Source: Entomortierella parvispora E1425
Taxonomy: Eukaryota > Fungi > Mortierellomycota
NCBI GenBank assembly: GCA_020891255.1
Contig: BQFW01000001.1
Span: forward strand, 2,666,001 to 2,730,000
Length of the DNA: 64,000 bases
Direction of reading: 5' to 3'
The position numbers and the translations under genes are program-made. The notes beneath the pieces are model-generated. The model was not told the DNA's origin and did no database searches. It saw nothing but the letters and a program-made list of their open reading frames with translations. Positions within the stretch are counted from its first letter, which is position 1, and every line of letters begins with the position of its first letter. Below are positions 10,530 to 20,076 of the stretch, piece by piece.

Positions 10530-10695
10530 CCCGTGCTAGAAACATGTAAACCCAGCTTTTTTTTTTTTTTTTTTTTGTGGTCCCCCGTGCTAGAGCCATG
10601 TAAACGAAACGCAATTTCTTAACCAAATTATGACGTCGACTTTGCTCTGGTTAGATGACGTCATGCAAACTGGCCCCGTGCTAGAGCCATGTAAA
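10530..10695 (+). repeat. Three direct repeats of CCCGTGCTAGA(GC/AA)CATGTAAA
   Basis: Copies at 10530, 10584 and 10675. TGACGTC motifs lie between copies 2 and 3, including the palindrome ATGACGTCAT near 10655. Confidence 0.8.
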
Positions 10696-11243
10696 AGAAA
10701 ACGTCTTTACTTAACGTGTAATCCACAATCGAATTCAGAGGGTAATGGCACTCTGGGGGAAAAGTCGCTGTGCATGCCTATTGCCACAAAATAAAATTAT
10801 CAGTAAAGTTTGAATGGAGAATGACTATTCAAAGACGCATGGAGATCTTATCTTACCTTGCCCCTGTCACGGCAGGCTCGGTCCTGCCATCTCTTCAAGA
10901 GATATCAGACGGATACCCGGATGACCCTCAATCCATACTGCAATGTTTGTGGGGGATTCGACTCTTTCAAGTGGACTCGAGCTATGGACGCCAAAAAAAA
11001 AAAAAAAAAAAAAAAAAAAGAGAGAGAGAGAGAGAAAAAGGCAGCACCCTCGCATGCCTCCAAGGTGCACATGTTGATCGAGGTGGGGCACTAGCCGCTC
11101 TGGTTTTATTGTACAACATCCCACTGATGCACCATGCAGGAACGCGCTCTTTTTTGTTTCATGACTTGATCGGCACATTAACAAGACCACATTAAGTCCC
11201 GTTCTATCCCTTCGTCCAGAAGGGCAATTGGGGATGGGCATTT

Positions 11244-13022
11244 TCAGTCTACGTGTAAACTGCTCAGGAACCTGAACTTGTAGAGGAGTGCCCGCCGCCA
11301 TTCCTCAAGTTCTAGGGAGTGATCTGCATGTTGGTATGAATGATGTGAACGGTGAATTGTCAACCGTTCGAGACACGGACGTTCTGTCCTCCTGTAATCT
11401 ACTAAAGTGTTTGAGGACGACGACAATGACGACGACCTCGATGATAATTTGGAAAGATCTTCGGGATCAGGGCAGGCACTGGATGGTTCCCGACGACCCA
11501 GTTCATCAAACAAAGAGAGGCTCATGAGCGGGTTCGGGATTTCAAAGTCGACCAGGCGGGGCAGTGACGAAAGAAGTTGTTGGAGAGCAGGCGCCTCCAC
11601 TGTGTGAACACACAGCCGTGTCAGAGTCGCCGCCCAGGATACTCTTGTTCTTATCCTCCTGTTCGGGCACGAGGCGTTGTCCAAGGCAAGGAGAGCAATG
11701 TCATTGCTGTCCATGATCCGATTTTCACTCTCGATCACCTCCAAGTTTGAAAAAAAGCTCGACTCCAACATGCGGTAAACATCCATCTTGTTGAGATTGG
11801 TGAAAGGCAAGATCTTGAGGCGCTCGAACGTCACGCGGTTCTCCTCAAAGAAGGAAGAGGTAGGGTTGGGAATGTACGTGGTGCTAGGGAGTAGATTCCA
11901 CGAGTCCAGTCGAATCCCTGGATGATTTTGGATCCAAGGTCGTAATAAAGGGCATTGACCCCAGTTGCGAGTATCTTCTTCCGATCCAAAACGGAATACC
12001 TTCAGACGCGGAAAGAGGACACGGAAGCGCTCTATGGTGGCTCTGGAATAGGGAGACGTCGGGTTGAACCCTGGAAGATGTGGGACAGTGATCCTGCTCT
12101 GGAACGTTAAAACCTCGACGTTGGGAAAGAGTTCCATGATCGCAAACTTGAGTTCTGTATCATAGGATGGATAATTGAAGGTCAACCTTTTGACTTTGGA
12201 TTGCAGCGACTGGTGTGTCGGAGGCTGAGGAGCGTCGGGTTTTGATTTTTGGATATGACCATTGATCGTCAAGTTGTCCATCTCAAGAGCCTCTAGTCCC
12301 AGAAGACGATGGGTTTCCCCCTCGAAGAGATCCTGAAAAATTTTCCACGACACCCAGCCTTGTGTCTTTCGGGAGACTATCACTGCAAGCGATCGGAGCG
12401 ATTTGGAGACACAGCTTTGACCCAGTCGAGTGAAGAATCTATCAAGATGATAAACCGGCCTGCTCTCGTCCAATGTGATCTTCAAGGACTCTAAACGACA
12501 GAGGATCGACCCCTCCAACGGCAACAGATCCAGTAAGCTCCAGACATGTTCTTCAGGCATTAGGCCATCGCTTGGACTAAAACACAAGGGGTCCCAAAGC
12601 ATCATGGGTGGATCAGACGCCCCTCCAACAGGAAATAGCGGATATAGTTTCTCGGAAAGTCGAGTGATTTTCGAGATGGAGAGATGCCGAATGTTCTGGA
12701 GTTGATTCAAGACAACGCCTCCCTTTGGATCGAGCATCGAGAATTGAGAATGAGGGAAACCTGTGATTACGACTGACTGGATCTGATCCAAGGGATTACA
12801 GCCTCCGTTTGTTGTCGAAGCAGCTTCCAGTAGGGCTTTCAGGCACTCACACCGTTCTACATGACCGACGTTCAGTGTGATAGAGAAGTAGGGTGCGCAG
12901 ACGTTATGAAAGGCCCTGCAAACGAGCCGTAAACTATGGATGGATTTTGGATCGAGATGCTGGGCAACGACTTCAAAGAGTTCTGGGAGTCGAAAAACGA
13001 CAATCCATGGCCTTTCTGCCAT
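11244..13022 (-). CDS. F-box-like/LRR protein, array copy F, intact, about 592 aa
   Basis: MAERPWIVVFRLPELFEVVAQHLDPKSIHSLRLVCRAF ... TERPCLERL ... LLYKFRFL; intronless paralog. Confidence 0.85.
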   Translation of the reverse strand: MAERPWIVVFRLPELFEVVAQHLDPKSIHSLRLVCRAFHNVCAPYFSITLNVGHVERCECLKALLEAASTTNGGCNPLDQIQSVVITGFPHSQFSMLDPKGGVVLNQLQNIRHLSISKITRLSEKLYPLFPVGGASDPPMMLWDPLCFSPSDGLMPEEHVWSLLDLLPLEGSILCRLESLKITLDESRPVYHLDRFFTRLGQSCVSKSLRSLAVIVSRKTQGWVSWKIFQDLFEGETHRLLGLEALEMDNLTINGHIQKSKPDAPQPPTHQSLQSKVKRLTFNYPSYDTELKFAIMELFPNVEVLTFQSRITVPHLPGFNPTSPYSRATIERFRVLFPRLKVFRFGSEEDTRNWGQCPLLRPWIQNHPGIRLDSWNLLPSTTYIPNPTSSFFEENRVTFERLKILPFTNLNKMDVYRMLESSFFSNLEVIESENRIMDSNDIALLALDNASCPNRRIRTRVSWAATLTRLCVHTVEAPALQQLLSSLPRLVDFEIPNPLMSLSLFDELGRREPSSACPDPEDLSKLSSRSSSLSSSSNTLVDYRRTERPCLERLTIHRSHHSYQHADHSLELEEWRRALLYKFRFLSSLHVD

Positions 13023-13323
13023 GGTAGGCGTCGATTTAGAATATCGGGGAAGTCGAGGGTACAAGAGGTGCGGGTGTGTTGGAGAGAAAGAAGGGGTGAT
13101 GGTGTATCCCTTGGCAGATCTGTTGTTTTGAAGGATGAGTGTGGCAGTGCAATGTTTGTTGGAGTTGGACCATCCAAAAAAAAAAAAAAAAAAAAAAAAG
13201 AGAAAGGTCGACGCGCCAAGGGATTGATGTTCGACTCGTTTATTAATTGTCGATTTGACATGTTCTGACCTCACGCAGTGACATTGATCAAGGGTCGCCT
13301 TCACCCACAACGACTATGGCTGT

Positions 13324-14050
13324 CTACGCAAAAGTATATCTCACGATAAGCAACTCCGGGAATCGGAACTGGGAGCGGAGGTGAATCTCCCAAGAAGTGA
13401 ATCGGATATCGCGCATGTAGGTCACGCATCTGGAAGACTGTGTGAGCGTCATCGTTTTCAGTAGCGGACGTTCAGTTTGACAGCAGTTTTCCATTGCACT
13501 CCGTGGTTCCTCAGGATCATGACCTAGTCCCTCGAACAAGGCAAGGTCCATGAGCGGCTCCATTATCCAGGATGACTCGAGCACTTTTGAATGTGAGCGT
13601 CCTGAGTGTTGGGACTATCCAGTGCTGCAAACTAGGCACTAGATATTGATCCTTGTTTTCGGGTCCGATACTTTGTTTTGATATGGATTCCAAGACCTTC
13701 CAAGAAAAGAGCGTCGAGTGCAGTCAAACTGCAGAGAGTGTCCCGCAAAACTGTCCAGGTGAGCTTCAATGTTGAGTCGCAGAGTATCCAGTCGACTGAG
13801 CAGAGGTCCTTCCAAAGGCATGAGATTCCAGAGACTCCATGGCTTCCCATCATCACCGTCGTCATGCCCAGCGAGTGAATAAAATCTCTTTATGCGTCCA
13901 TAGTCGTCTTCCAGATCTGGCCATACCATTCGTGCAGTGTATGATGGCTTCTCGGACGGTCGCACATCACCACGATGACGGTAATGAAAATCAGATATCT
14001 CGAAACATCGGAGATTACGACAGCGATTCAAAGCAGCCTTCGTCACTGCT
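13324..14050 (-). pseudogene. F-box/LRR array copy G, strongly diverged and internally deleted
   Basis: LNRCRNLRCFEI...WSLWNLMPLEGPLLSRLDTLRL matches the family mid-region. IMEPLMDLALFEGLG...TERPLLK...FRF matches the C-terminus. Most of the intervening sequence and the F-box are missing. Confidence 0.7.
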
Positions 14051-14403
14051 TTTGATGCCGCTGTTGTCAGTGTTGTAGTGGAAGTGCTATTCCTGTGATA
14101 ATGCAATGAGCTGACTGTCGACTCGACCCAACCGCGGCACTCTCCCGCCTCTTTGAGTCCCCTGAACAGCCAAATCCTCGCGACCAAAGCACGCTCTAGA
14201 CAATTTGATTCTCAGAAAAGGTCTTTGCGTATATTTTTACAATAAAAAAGGGGGGGTTGTCGTATGGTACATGGTGGAAGTGGACGAAAGCACTGCTTGA
14301 AAGGGCGGGGTGAAGAAGAAAGAAAGAAAGAAAGAAAGAAAAAAGGATGGCAACAAAACGACCAAGGTCAAATGCTTGTATCCTCACATTTTTTTCTTTG
14401 GTT

Positions 14404-14679
14404 CTACCACAGTCTTCCGGGAATGTCAGTCCTGCGGCCATTCTCGGGCGTTTCGAGTTTGTGTTTGTGGGCCTCCAGCTCCTTGAGTTGTGTGAGGACC
14501 TTTTGCTTTGATTCCTTGAGGGTCTCGAGTCTGTTCTTGAGCAATGCATCCGAGATGGATTCTGGATTCCTGTTCAGGGTTGTCACGGTCTCGTCGGGAT
14601 CGTACATCTCGCGGTAGGCGTATCCAATAAAGTAGCACGCCGGGACGGCGGCCATCAGCATAATGTATCGACTGCTCAT
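14404..14679 (-). CDS. Small hypothetical protein, N-terminal hydrophobic segment plus coiled coil (about 91 aa)
   Basis: MSSRYIMLMAAVPACYFIGYAY, then the heptad-like LLKNRLETLKESKQKVLTQLKELEAHKHKLE. Confidence 0.55.
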   Translation of the reverse strand: MSSRYIMLMAAVPACYFIGYAYREMYDPDETVTTLNRNPESISDALLKNRLETLKESKQKVLTQLKELEAHKHKLETPENGRRTDIPGRLW

Positions 14680-14883
14680 GACGTGATTAATTAATGTGGG
14701 AAGGATGGTTGGATGGATGGAAAAAAGATCGACAATGCATGGAAGCAGGCGATATCCTTGTTTGGTGGCAAAAAAGATAGTCACACGACTTGATCACTTG
14801 AAAAAGAAAGTGATGGAAATTGGGTATATTGTTTATTGTTACAAGAGGTGGTGAGAGGGGTTGGTGCAGAGGCAACTATGGAA

Positions 14884-15363
14884 CTATACCACTGCCGTAC
14901 GGGCGGGCATCGGTTCAGGAAGAGAAGAAGGAGCAGAGGACAGAATGATCCTCCGCGGGGCCGTGGGTGCTTGTGCCGACTCCTCCATCTGAATGATAGA
15001 ATGAGGAATGTTTTGAGTCGCCGTTGTAGATCGAGAGTAGGAGGGGGGTGGTGGTGGTGGTGGTATGGCACTTGAAGTGACCCGTCGGTCCAGAGGCGCA
15101 GCTTGATACGTGGGAGGAGGCAACTCCAAAGTGGGCACAACTACTGCTCTCGCCACTCTGACGGTGGGCGATCGCTGGGAGGTTTGTGGCAGCTGTTGAG
15201 TCGTATTGCCAGTGATCAGCCTTGAGCCAGTTGGGGTAACGGCGGGGCCGTTGGCTATAGCAAAGCGATCAGCCTTTCTTTTTCTTCCGCGATGGACACA
15301 GCATGCCAGGAGGAAGAGGGCGACAACAACGAACAGGAATGTGGCAGGGAACCCCGATTGCAT
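14884..15363 (-). CDS. Single-pass membrane protein with PY motifs (PY-TM1, 159 aa)
   Basis: N-terminal TM (FLFVVVALFLLACCV), basic stop RGRKRK, Pro/Ser/Thr-rich tail with PPTY and PPSY; TATA-like TTATAAA about 150 bp upstream. Confidence 0.7.
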   Translation of the reverse strand: MQSGFPATFLFVVVALFLLACCVHRGRKRKADRFAIANGPAVTPTGSRLITGNTTQQLPQTSQRSPTVRVARAVVVPTLELPPPTYQAAPLDRRVTSSAIPPPPPPPSYSRSTTATQNIPHSIIQMEESAQAPTAPRRIILSSAPSSLPEPMPARTAVV

Positions 15364-15882
15364 GTGGAGTTGTTGGTGTCTGTGTGGAGTAGGAAGTTTT
15401 TTAAAGGAGCAGGTCTGTTGGCGGAAATGAGTGGAGTGTTGTGGTCAAAAGAGGAGGAGGTCTGGCTCGTGGAGGCAACTTTGAATGAAGTGGGGCGGAA
15501 GGTTCTGGCCCGGCCTTTTATAACGAACGCTTTTTAGAGCTGGTCCCTGGCAGCAGGACAGGTGGAGCCCCAGCCAGATTCTATTAGGTCTCGGATTCTT
15601 CGCCTCGACTTCTAAAAGACGCCTTGTCTTTGCGGTCTCACCCCCGCAAGGTGTCAGTCATGCCTTTGCCATCGACCTTTCTTCTTTGGCGCCCTTTTAG
15701 GTTGATGCAGATATCTTTCACCATGGCACAGGGATCACCCTTGCGGCCTCTTCTTTTCCCTGGGTTGCTTTATTCTAATGTACAATGGCGGCAAGGTCGA
15801 TCCTTGCACGCCGAGGAATAATCCGCATTGCGCCAACTGTCCCAAAACGGGTAACAACGACGCCGTTGAGAGGTCACATGGA

Positions 15883-16371
15883 CTAAACGGTCCTTGATTG
15901 CCCATGTTCCAGGCTGGGCAACACATATGACGGAGGATGAGCCTCTGCGAACGATTCTAGAGGCAAGTCGACCACACGTTCGGGACAATCACCGACCTCG
16001 GACCGAGCTTCGTAGGCCGGAAGTTCTTCAGATTCTGAAACGAGTAGAACTGGTGCTTCCTCAATATGCACGGTCGTAGAAGGGTTCTCCTGTGTTGTCG
16101 AGATAGGGGAGGCTGTAGCCTGCGTTGGTCGGGTCACTGGAAGGGCCGACAAGGGGATTCCAAACCTTCTTCGAGGATTGGCTTCCTGTGCAGCTCTTGC
16201 AAGGGCTCCTGACGGGGTGGTTGGTTTCTGAGGCCCATTCCTGGCTTGAGCTCGTTGTTCCAAGCTTCGAAGAGAGGCCGATATGACCTTGGCCAAGTTG
16301 GCCATTACAAACAGGATCAGCAAGAAAGCCGCAATGATGACTAGGACGAGCGTGATGGTTGAAGACACCAT
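15883..16371 (-). CDS. Single-pass membrane protein with PY motifs (PY-TM2, 162 aa)
   Basis: TM ITLVLVIIAAFLLILFVMA; tail with LPAY and PPSY. Confidence 0.7.
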   Translation of the reverse strand: MVSSTITLVLVIIAAFLLILFVMANLAKVISASLRSLEQRAQARNGPQKPTTPSGALARAAQEANPRRRFGIPLSALPVTRPTQATASPISTTQENPSTTVHIEEAPVLLVSESEELPAYEARSEVGDCPERVVDLPLESFAEAHPPSYVLPSLEHGQSRTV

Positions 16372-16777
16372 TTTGAAGATAAAGAGAGAGGAGCGAGGGG
16401 GATTGTTTGTTGTTGTTTGTGGTCGTTTTTGCTGCTGCTGCAGGCAATGTGATCCTTTTTATGGTGCGCCATGCCAAAAGTCGACAGGGCAATTGAGCGA
16501 TATTCGCGAACAAATCAAAAAAAACTTTGCCCATGGCAGTACCCAAGATTGTGACTCTCTCTCCAGATCGGCTCTTGGTCCACTTCAGATAGACCCCAGC
16601 GGGCCTCAATGGCTCAGTCCATGTGGCACCCCAGTTTACCTCACAGTCAATACGAACATGAGAGCACTTTGCAGCTGCGAGAGAAAAAAAGGAAAGAAAT
16701 GAAGAGGCGATTTTTATGAGTTGTAGAAGGTGGTGAGAGAAGAGTAAAGATCTACAACTGCAACGGTAGACATTCTA

Positions 16778-17428
16778 TCATGCCGTTTGCTGCAGCTCTA
16801 ACTGCCTTGACTCCAAGTCGCAAGTCAATAACATCACTGGTCGATTGGCTTGCTCACTGGAATACCGTGGAAGTGGGGGAGGATCCGGAGAGTCGATCGA
16901 GCTGGTAGGGACTTGCCCATCCGAGGGGGAATCGGTAGTGTTGTCCCCTGCGCCATGCGACCGACTCCTCTCTCCTGCCTGCTCCTCGGTCGTTTCTTGT
17001 GGGGACGATGCTGCGGGTGTTTCGACAACAATCCCGTCCATTCCTGTCTCCTCTCCCTGGGCGCTTTCATTTGGGGTATATTCAGGGGGAGGAGGGAGGG
17101 TCGAGATGATCCGTAGAGTCGTTAACGTTCTTTCCAACTGTTGTTGCTGCCAATCCTGCTGGATCGGCCCCACTTCGCCAATTCCCCTCGCCTCCAGGTC
17201 CTCCATCTCGACTCGAACTTCCTCGGGTAGGTCCGGGTCATAGGTGGGAAGAGGATCAACATTCTCGGCCGCAAGCTCTGCTGCCCTTCGGGCAGCCTCG
17301 GCCTCCCGTGCAGCGATGATAGGGGCTTGGACCCTTTTCTGTTGAAAGTCGATGCTTTTGCTGAGAATGAAGAGAAAAACGAGGCCGCCTCCCACTCCTA
17401 TCGCGTAGATCGATGTATCAGACATCAT
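16778..17428 (-). CDS. Single-pass membrane protein with PY motifs (PY-TM3, 216 aa)
   Basis: TM IYAIGVGGGLVFLFIL; acidic tail with LPTY, PPEY and LPRY. Confidence 0.72.
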   Translation of the reverse strand: MMSDTSIYAIGVGGGLVFLFILSKSIDFQQKRVQAPIIAAREAEAARRAAELAAENVDPLPTYDPDLPEEVRVEMEDLEARGIGEVGPIQQDWQQQQLERTLTTLRIISTLPPPPEYTPNESAQGEETGMDGIVVETPAASSPQETTEEQAGERSRSHGAGDNTTDSPSDGQVPTSSIDSPDPPPLPRYSSEQANRPVMLLTCDLESRQLELQQTA

Positions 17429-17933
17429 ATTTCATGGAGGACATCTAGGTGAAGGCGGAGCTGTGGGTATATGGGCGAGTGAAGAATAGGGTGGAAGGAG
17501 GAGGGTGGACAGCGAGACAGGAGTGAAAAGGGTCGTTCTAACAAAACACCAGCAAGGAAAGGGGGAGGGGGGAGGGGAACAATCCCTCATGAGAAATTAG
17601 AAAACAAAGAGGTTGCGAAAGGGCTGAGCCTGGAGGACCCGCAAAGAACAAACGGAAAGAGCTGGGGAATAAAAAGAGCGATAGATGTCGGATAAGAAGA
17701 GTGCCAAGAGATGGCTAGAAGCATGAGCATCAGGGAAGGGGCTTTTTATTTCTTCCTCAAGCTAAACATGATATTCCGTCCCTGCATTGACCCCATCTCT
17801 CTTCAGCTCTCATGCCCTCCCGAGTTTGGGCTGTTGCATTTGTGGTTCTAACGGAATTTTTTTTTTTTTTTTTTTGGGCAAATGGGTCGCTTGTGCATGC
17901 ACAAGACATTTGTTTATTTTTTCTCGCAAGTCA

Positions 17934-18659
17934 CTACATGTGCACAACAACGGAGGGGCAAAGGGCAGCAGACGAAGGACACTGGCTGCGTTGAGGGGGC
18001 GATGGTATAGCCGATCCTCTGAAGGGCAAGAGTGACCGTGCTCGTTCAAGGACAGTGGGTCTCACTGGTGCAGTCGCGACTTCTGTTGATGGTGTTGTGG
18101 TGATGATGATTGTGCTAGGAGAACCATCGGCCAATCTGGGGCCTTCGCTGCTGCTGCTGCTGCTGCCACTGCCACTACTATCATTATTACTGCTGCTACT
18201 GCCACTGCCATTGCCGCCACTATTACTGCTGCTGCTACCACCACGGCTGCTGCTACTATTGCTGCCACCACTGTTGCTGCAGCTGCCATTACTTCCGGCT
18301 CTAGATTTTGATTTTTTTACAGGGTGGTTCTGGACAGCGCTAAAAGGAGGGGGTGCATCGTATCCTGAAAATTCCAGGTGCTGATCCTTGGGAGTGTACA
18401 CGGGAGGCGGCACCTTGATCTCGCTGAACGAAATCACCGACTCGTTGTCAAAGGACCGCTGTATACGTTGGGTCATTGGGTCTTCAACTATAATTTGGCG
18501 ACTTTCGACCATTGGTGGGTCATCAGCAACAGCCCCAGCGGGCCGAGACGCCGCTTGTGAAAAAGGGTGCTTTCGTCGATACACAATATTTGCGATGACA
18601 ATTACTTTGATCATGACGGCGAACGCGATCAAAGCATAGAGAAACGAGTCATCGCTCAT
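17934..18659 (-). CDS. Single-pass membrane protein with PY motif (PY-TM4, about 241 aa)
   Basis: TM FLYALIAFAVMIKVIVIANIVY, then RRK; PPVY motif and a Ser/Gly-rich tail; CTATAAAA upstream near 18840. Confidence 0.7.
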   Translation of the reverse strand: MSDDSFLYALIAFAVMIKVIVIANIVYRRKHPFSQAASRPAGAVADDPPMVESRQIIVEDPMTQRIQRSFDNESVISFSEIKVPPPVYTPKDQHLEFSGYDAPPPFSAVQNHPVKKSKSRAGSNGSCSNSGGSNSSSSRGGSSSSNSGGNGSGSSSSNNDSSGSGSSSSSSEGPRLADGSPSTIIITTTPSTEVATAPVRPTVLERARSLLPFRGSAIPSPPQRSQCPSSAALCPSVVVHM

Positions 18660-20076
18660 GGTGGGGAGCGCGGGGGTATAAACGTATGCCGTTTTGGATA
18701 TGCTTTTACTTTGGGGATAGGAGCCTTTGTTGGCAGGGGCGGGATGGGGGGGGGGGGGGGTTGGACGACTGTGCAAAACAGCGGCGATCACAAATTGAAG
18801 GTTGTTCAAATGTTTGTAAACGAGGAGCAGTTCACCCGCTTTTATAGTTGCCTTCTCAGCCTGGACCTGATCGTTTGACGTTGTCTAACTGTGTCGTCTC
18901 AAAGTCTGGTGGACATTTAGTGCGTTCTGCTCGTCTTGAGACGTCCAAGGTGGACCAGTCGGCGGAATCGCAGTCGAGGGATTTTACTTTCTGCGACGTG
19001 ACCGCGAGTGGTGGCCATAATTCGCGAAAGGGTCAAGAGATTCCTCCCAGACACCATTGGACGCGTTGGTTTCATCCTAGGTCGCCTTGTGGGAAGGAAG
19101 TCACCCACCCCACCTCTATTTTCCCGCGTTTTTTTTTTTTTTTCTTTTTCTTTCCATTCATTCAATTGGCCACTCGCGTTCCATGGCTGTCCTATTCAAT
19201 TTTGAAATGGAGGTTGGTCTATTTGGACCCTTTTGTCTTTCTACTATTTTTTTTCTAGTTTTGTTGGAAGACACAGTCAGGACAATTCAAGGTGCAGCCG
19301 ACATGAGCAACTCTTGGAATTCGACGAGGCATCTTATCTTGAGGATGACCGACAAGCGTATGAGCAATGGACTGGACCCATTGCGATTCATCAAGCCAGA
19401 ACATGGACAGAGCTATTTTGTCTGTGAGAAGGTTCAGCCACCTGGGCAGAGAACGGGAGGAGGAAGGACGAAGAAAGAAGAGGAAGGAGGACGAAAAGGA
19501 AAAGGAGACGACACTGATCACACCACAACCCAGCGATGGCATGGAGGCAGGGAGAGCACTTGAGTACAAACACAACGGTGTCCCTGCAGCAAGCATGCAA
19601 GACAAGCCAGACAAGACACACACCCGGGACAGTGTCGTCACTTGCCTGCACTTGCTCCCTCTACTGGGCAAACCCAGGGAAGGACACAAGAATAATAATG
19701 CATCTCCACCACCATGTTGCATGCTTTCAGCCCATTCAGCCCAAGATGACAAAACTGCAGTCACACGATACGAGGGAGTGAGTGTGAGGTGAGACAGGAA
19801 ACAAACTGACCAGCGCAGCATGGTCGCATTCATGTTCTTGTTCTGATTCATTCCTTCACTTCACTTCATCATTGGACACACACATACATACATACATACA
19901 TACAGCAAGAGAATCACTCCTCCTTCTTCTTCTTCTTCTTCTTCTTTTCTCTCTCTCCCCTGGCTTACCTCCCCCTTTGCTTTGTTCATACCCCCCCCCC
20001 CCCCTGTCGCTGCAGGAACCCCCTTCCCCTGACTTCCGCAGTGGACAAACACCTCTTATAACAAAGCGTCCATGCC

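Noticed and set aside
9258-10695. Short repeats considered as CRISPR-like arrays
   Set aside because: Eukaryotic context, no cas genes, and the units are degenerate or irregularly spaced.
19233-19792. Several short overlapping + strand ORFs with coding-like composition
   Set aside because: No start/stop/splice structure or family motif could be supported.
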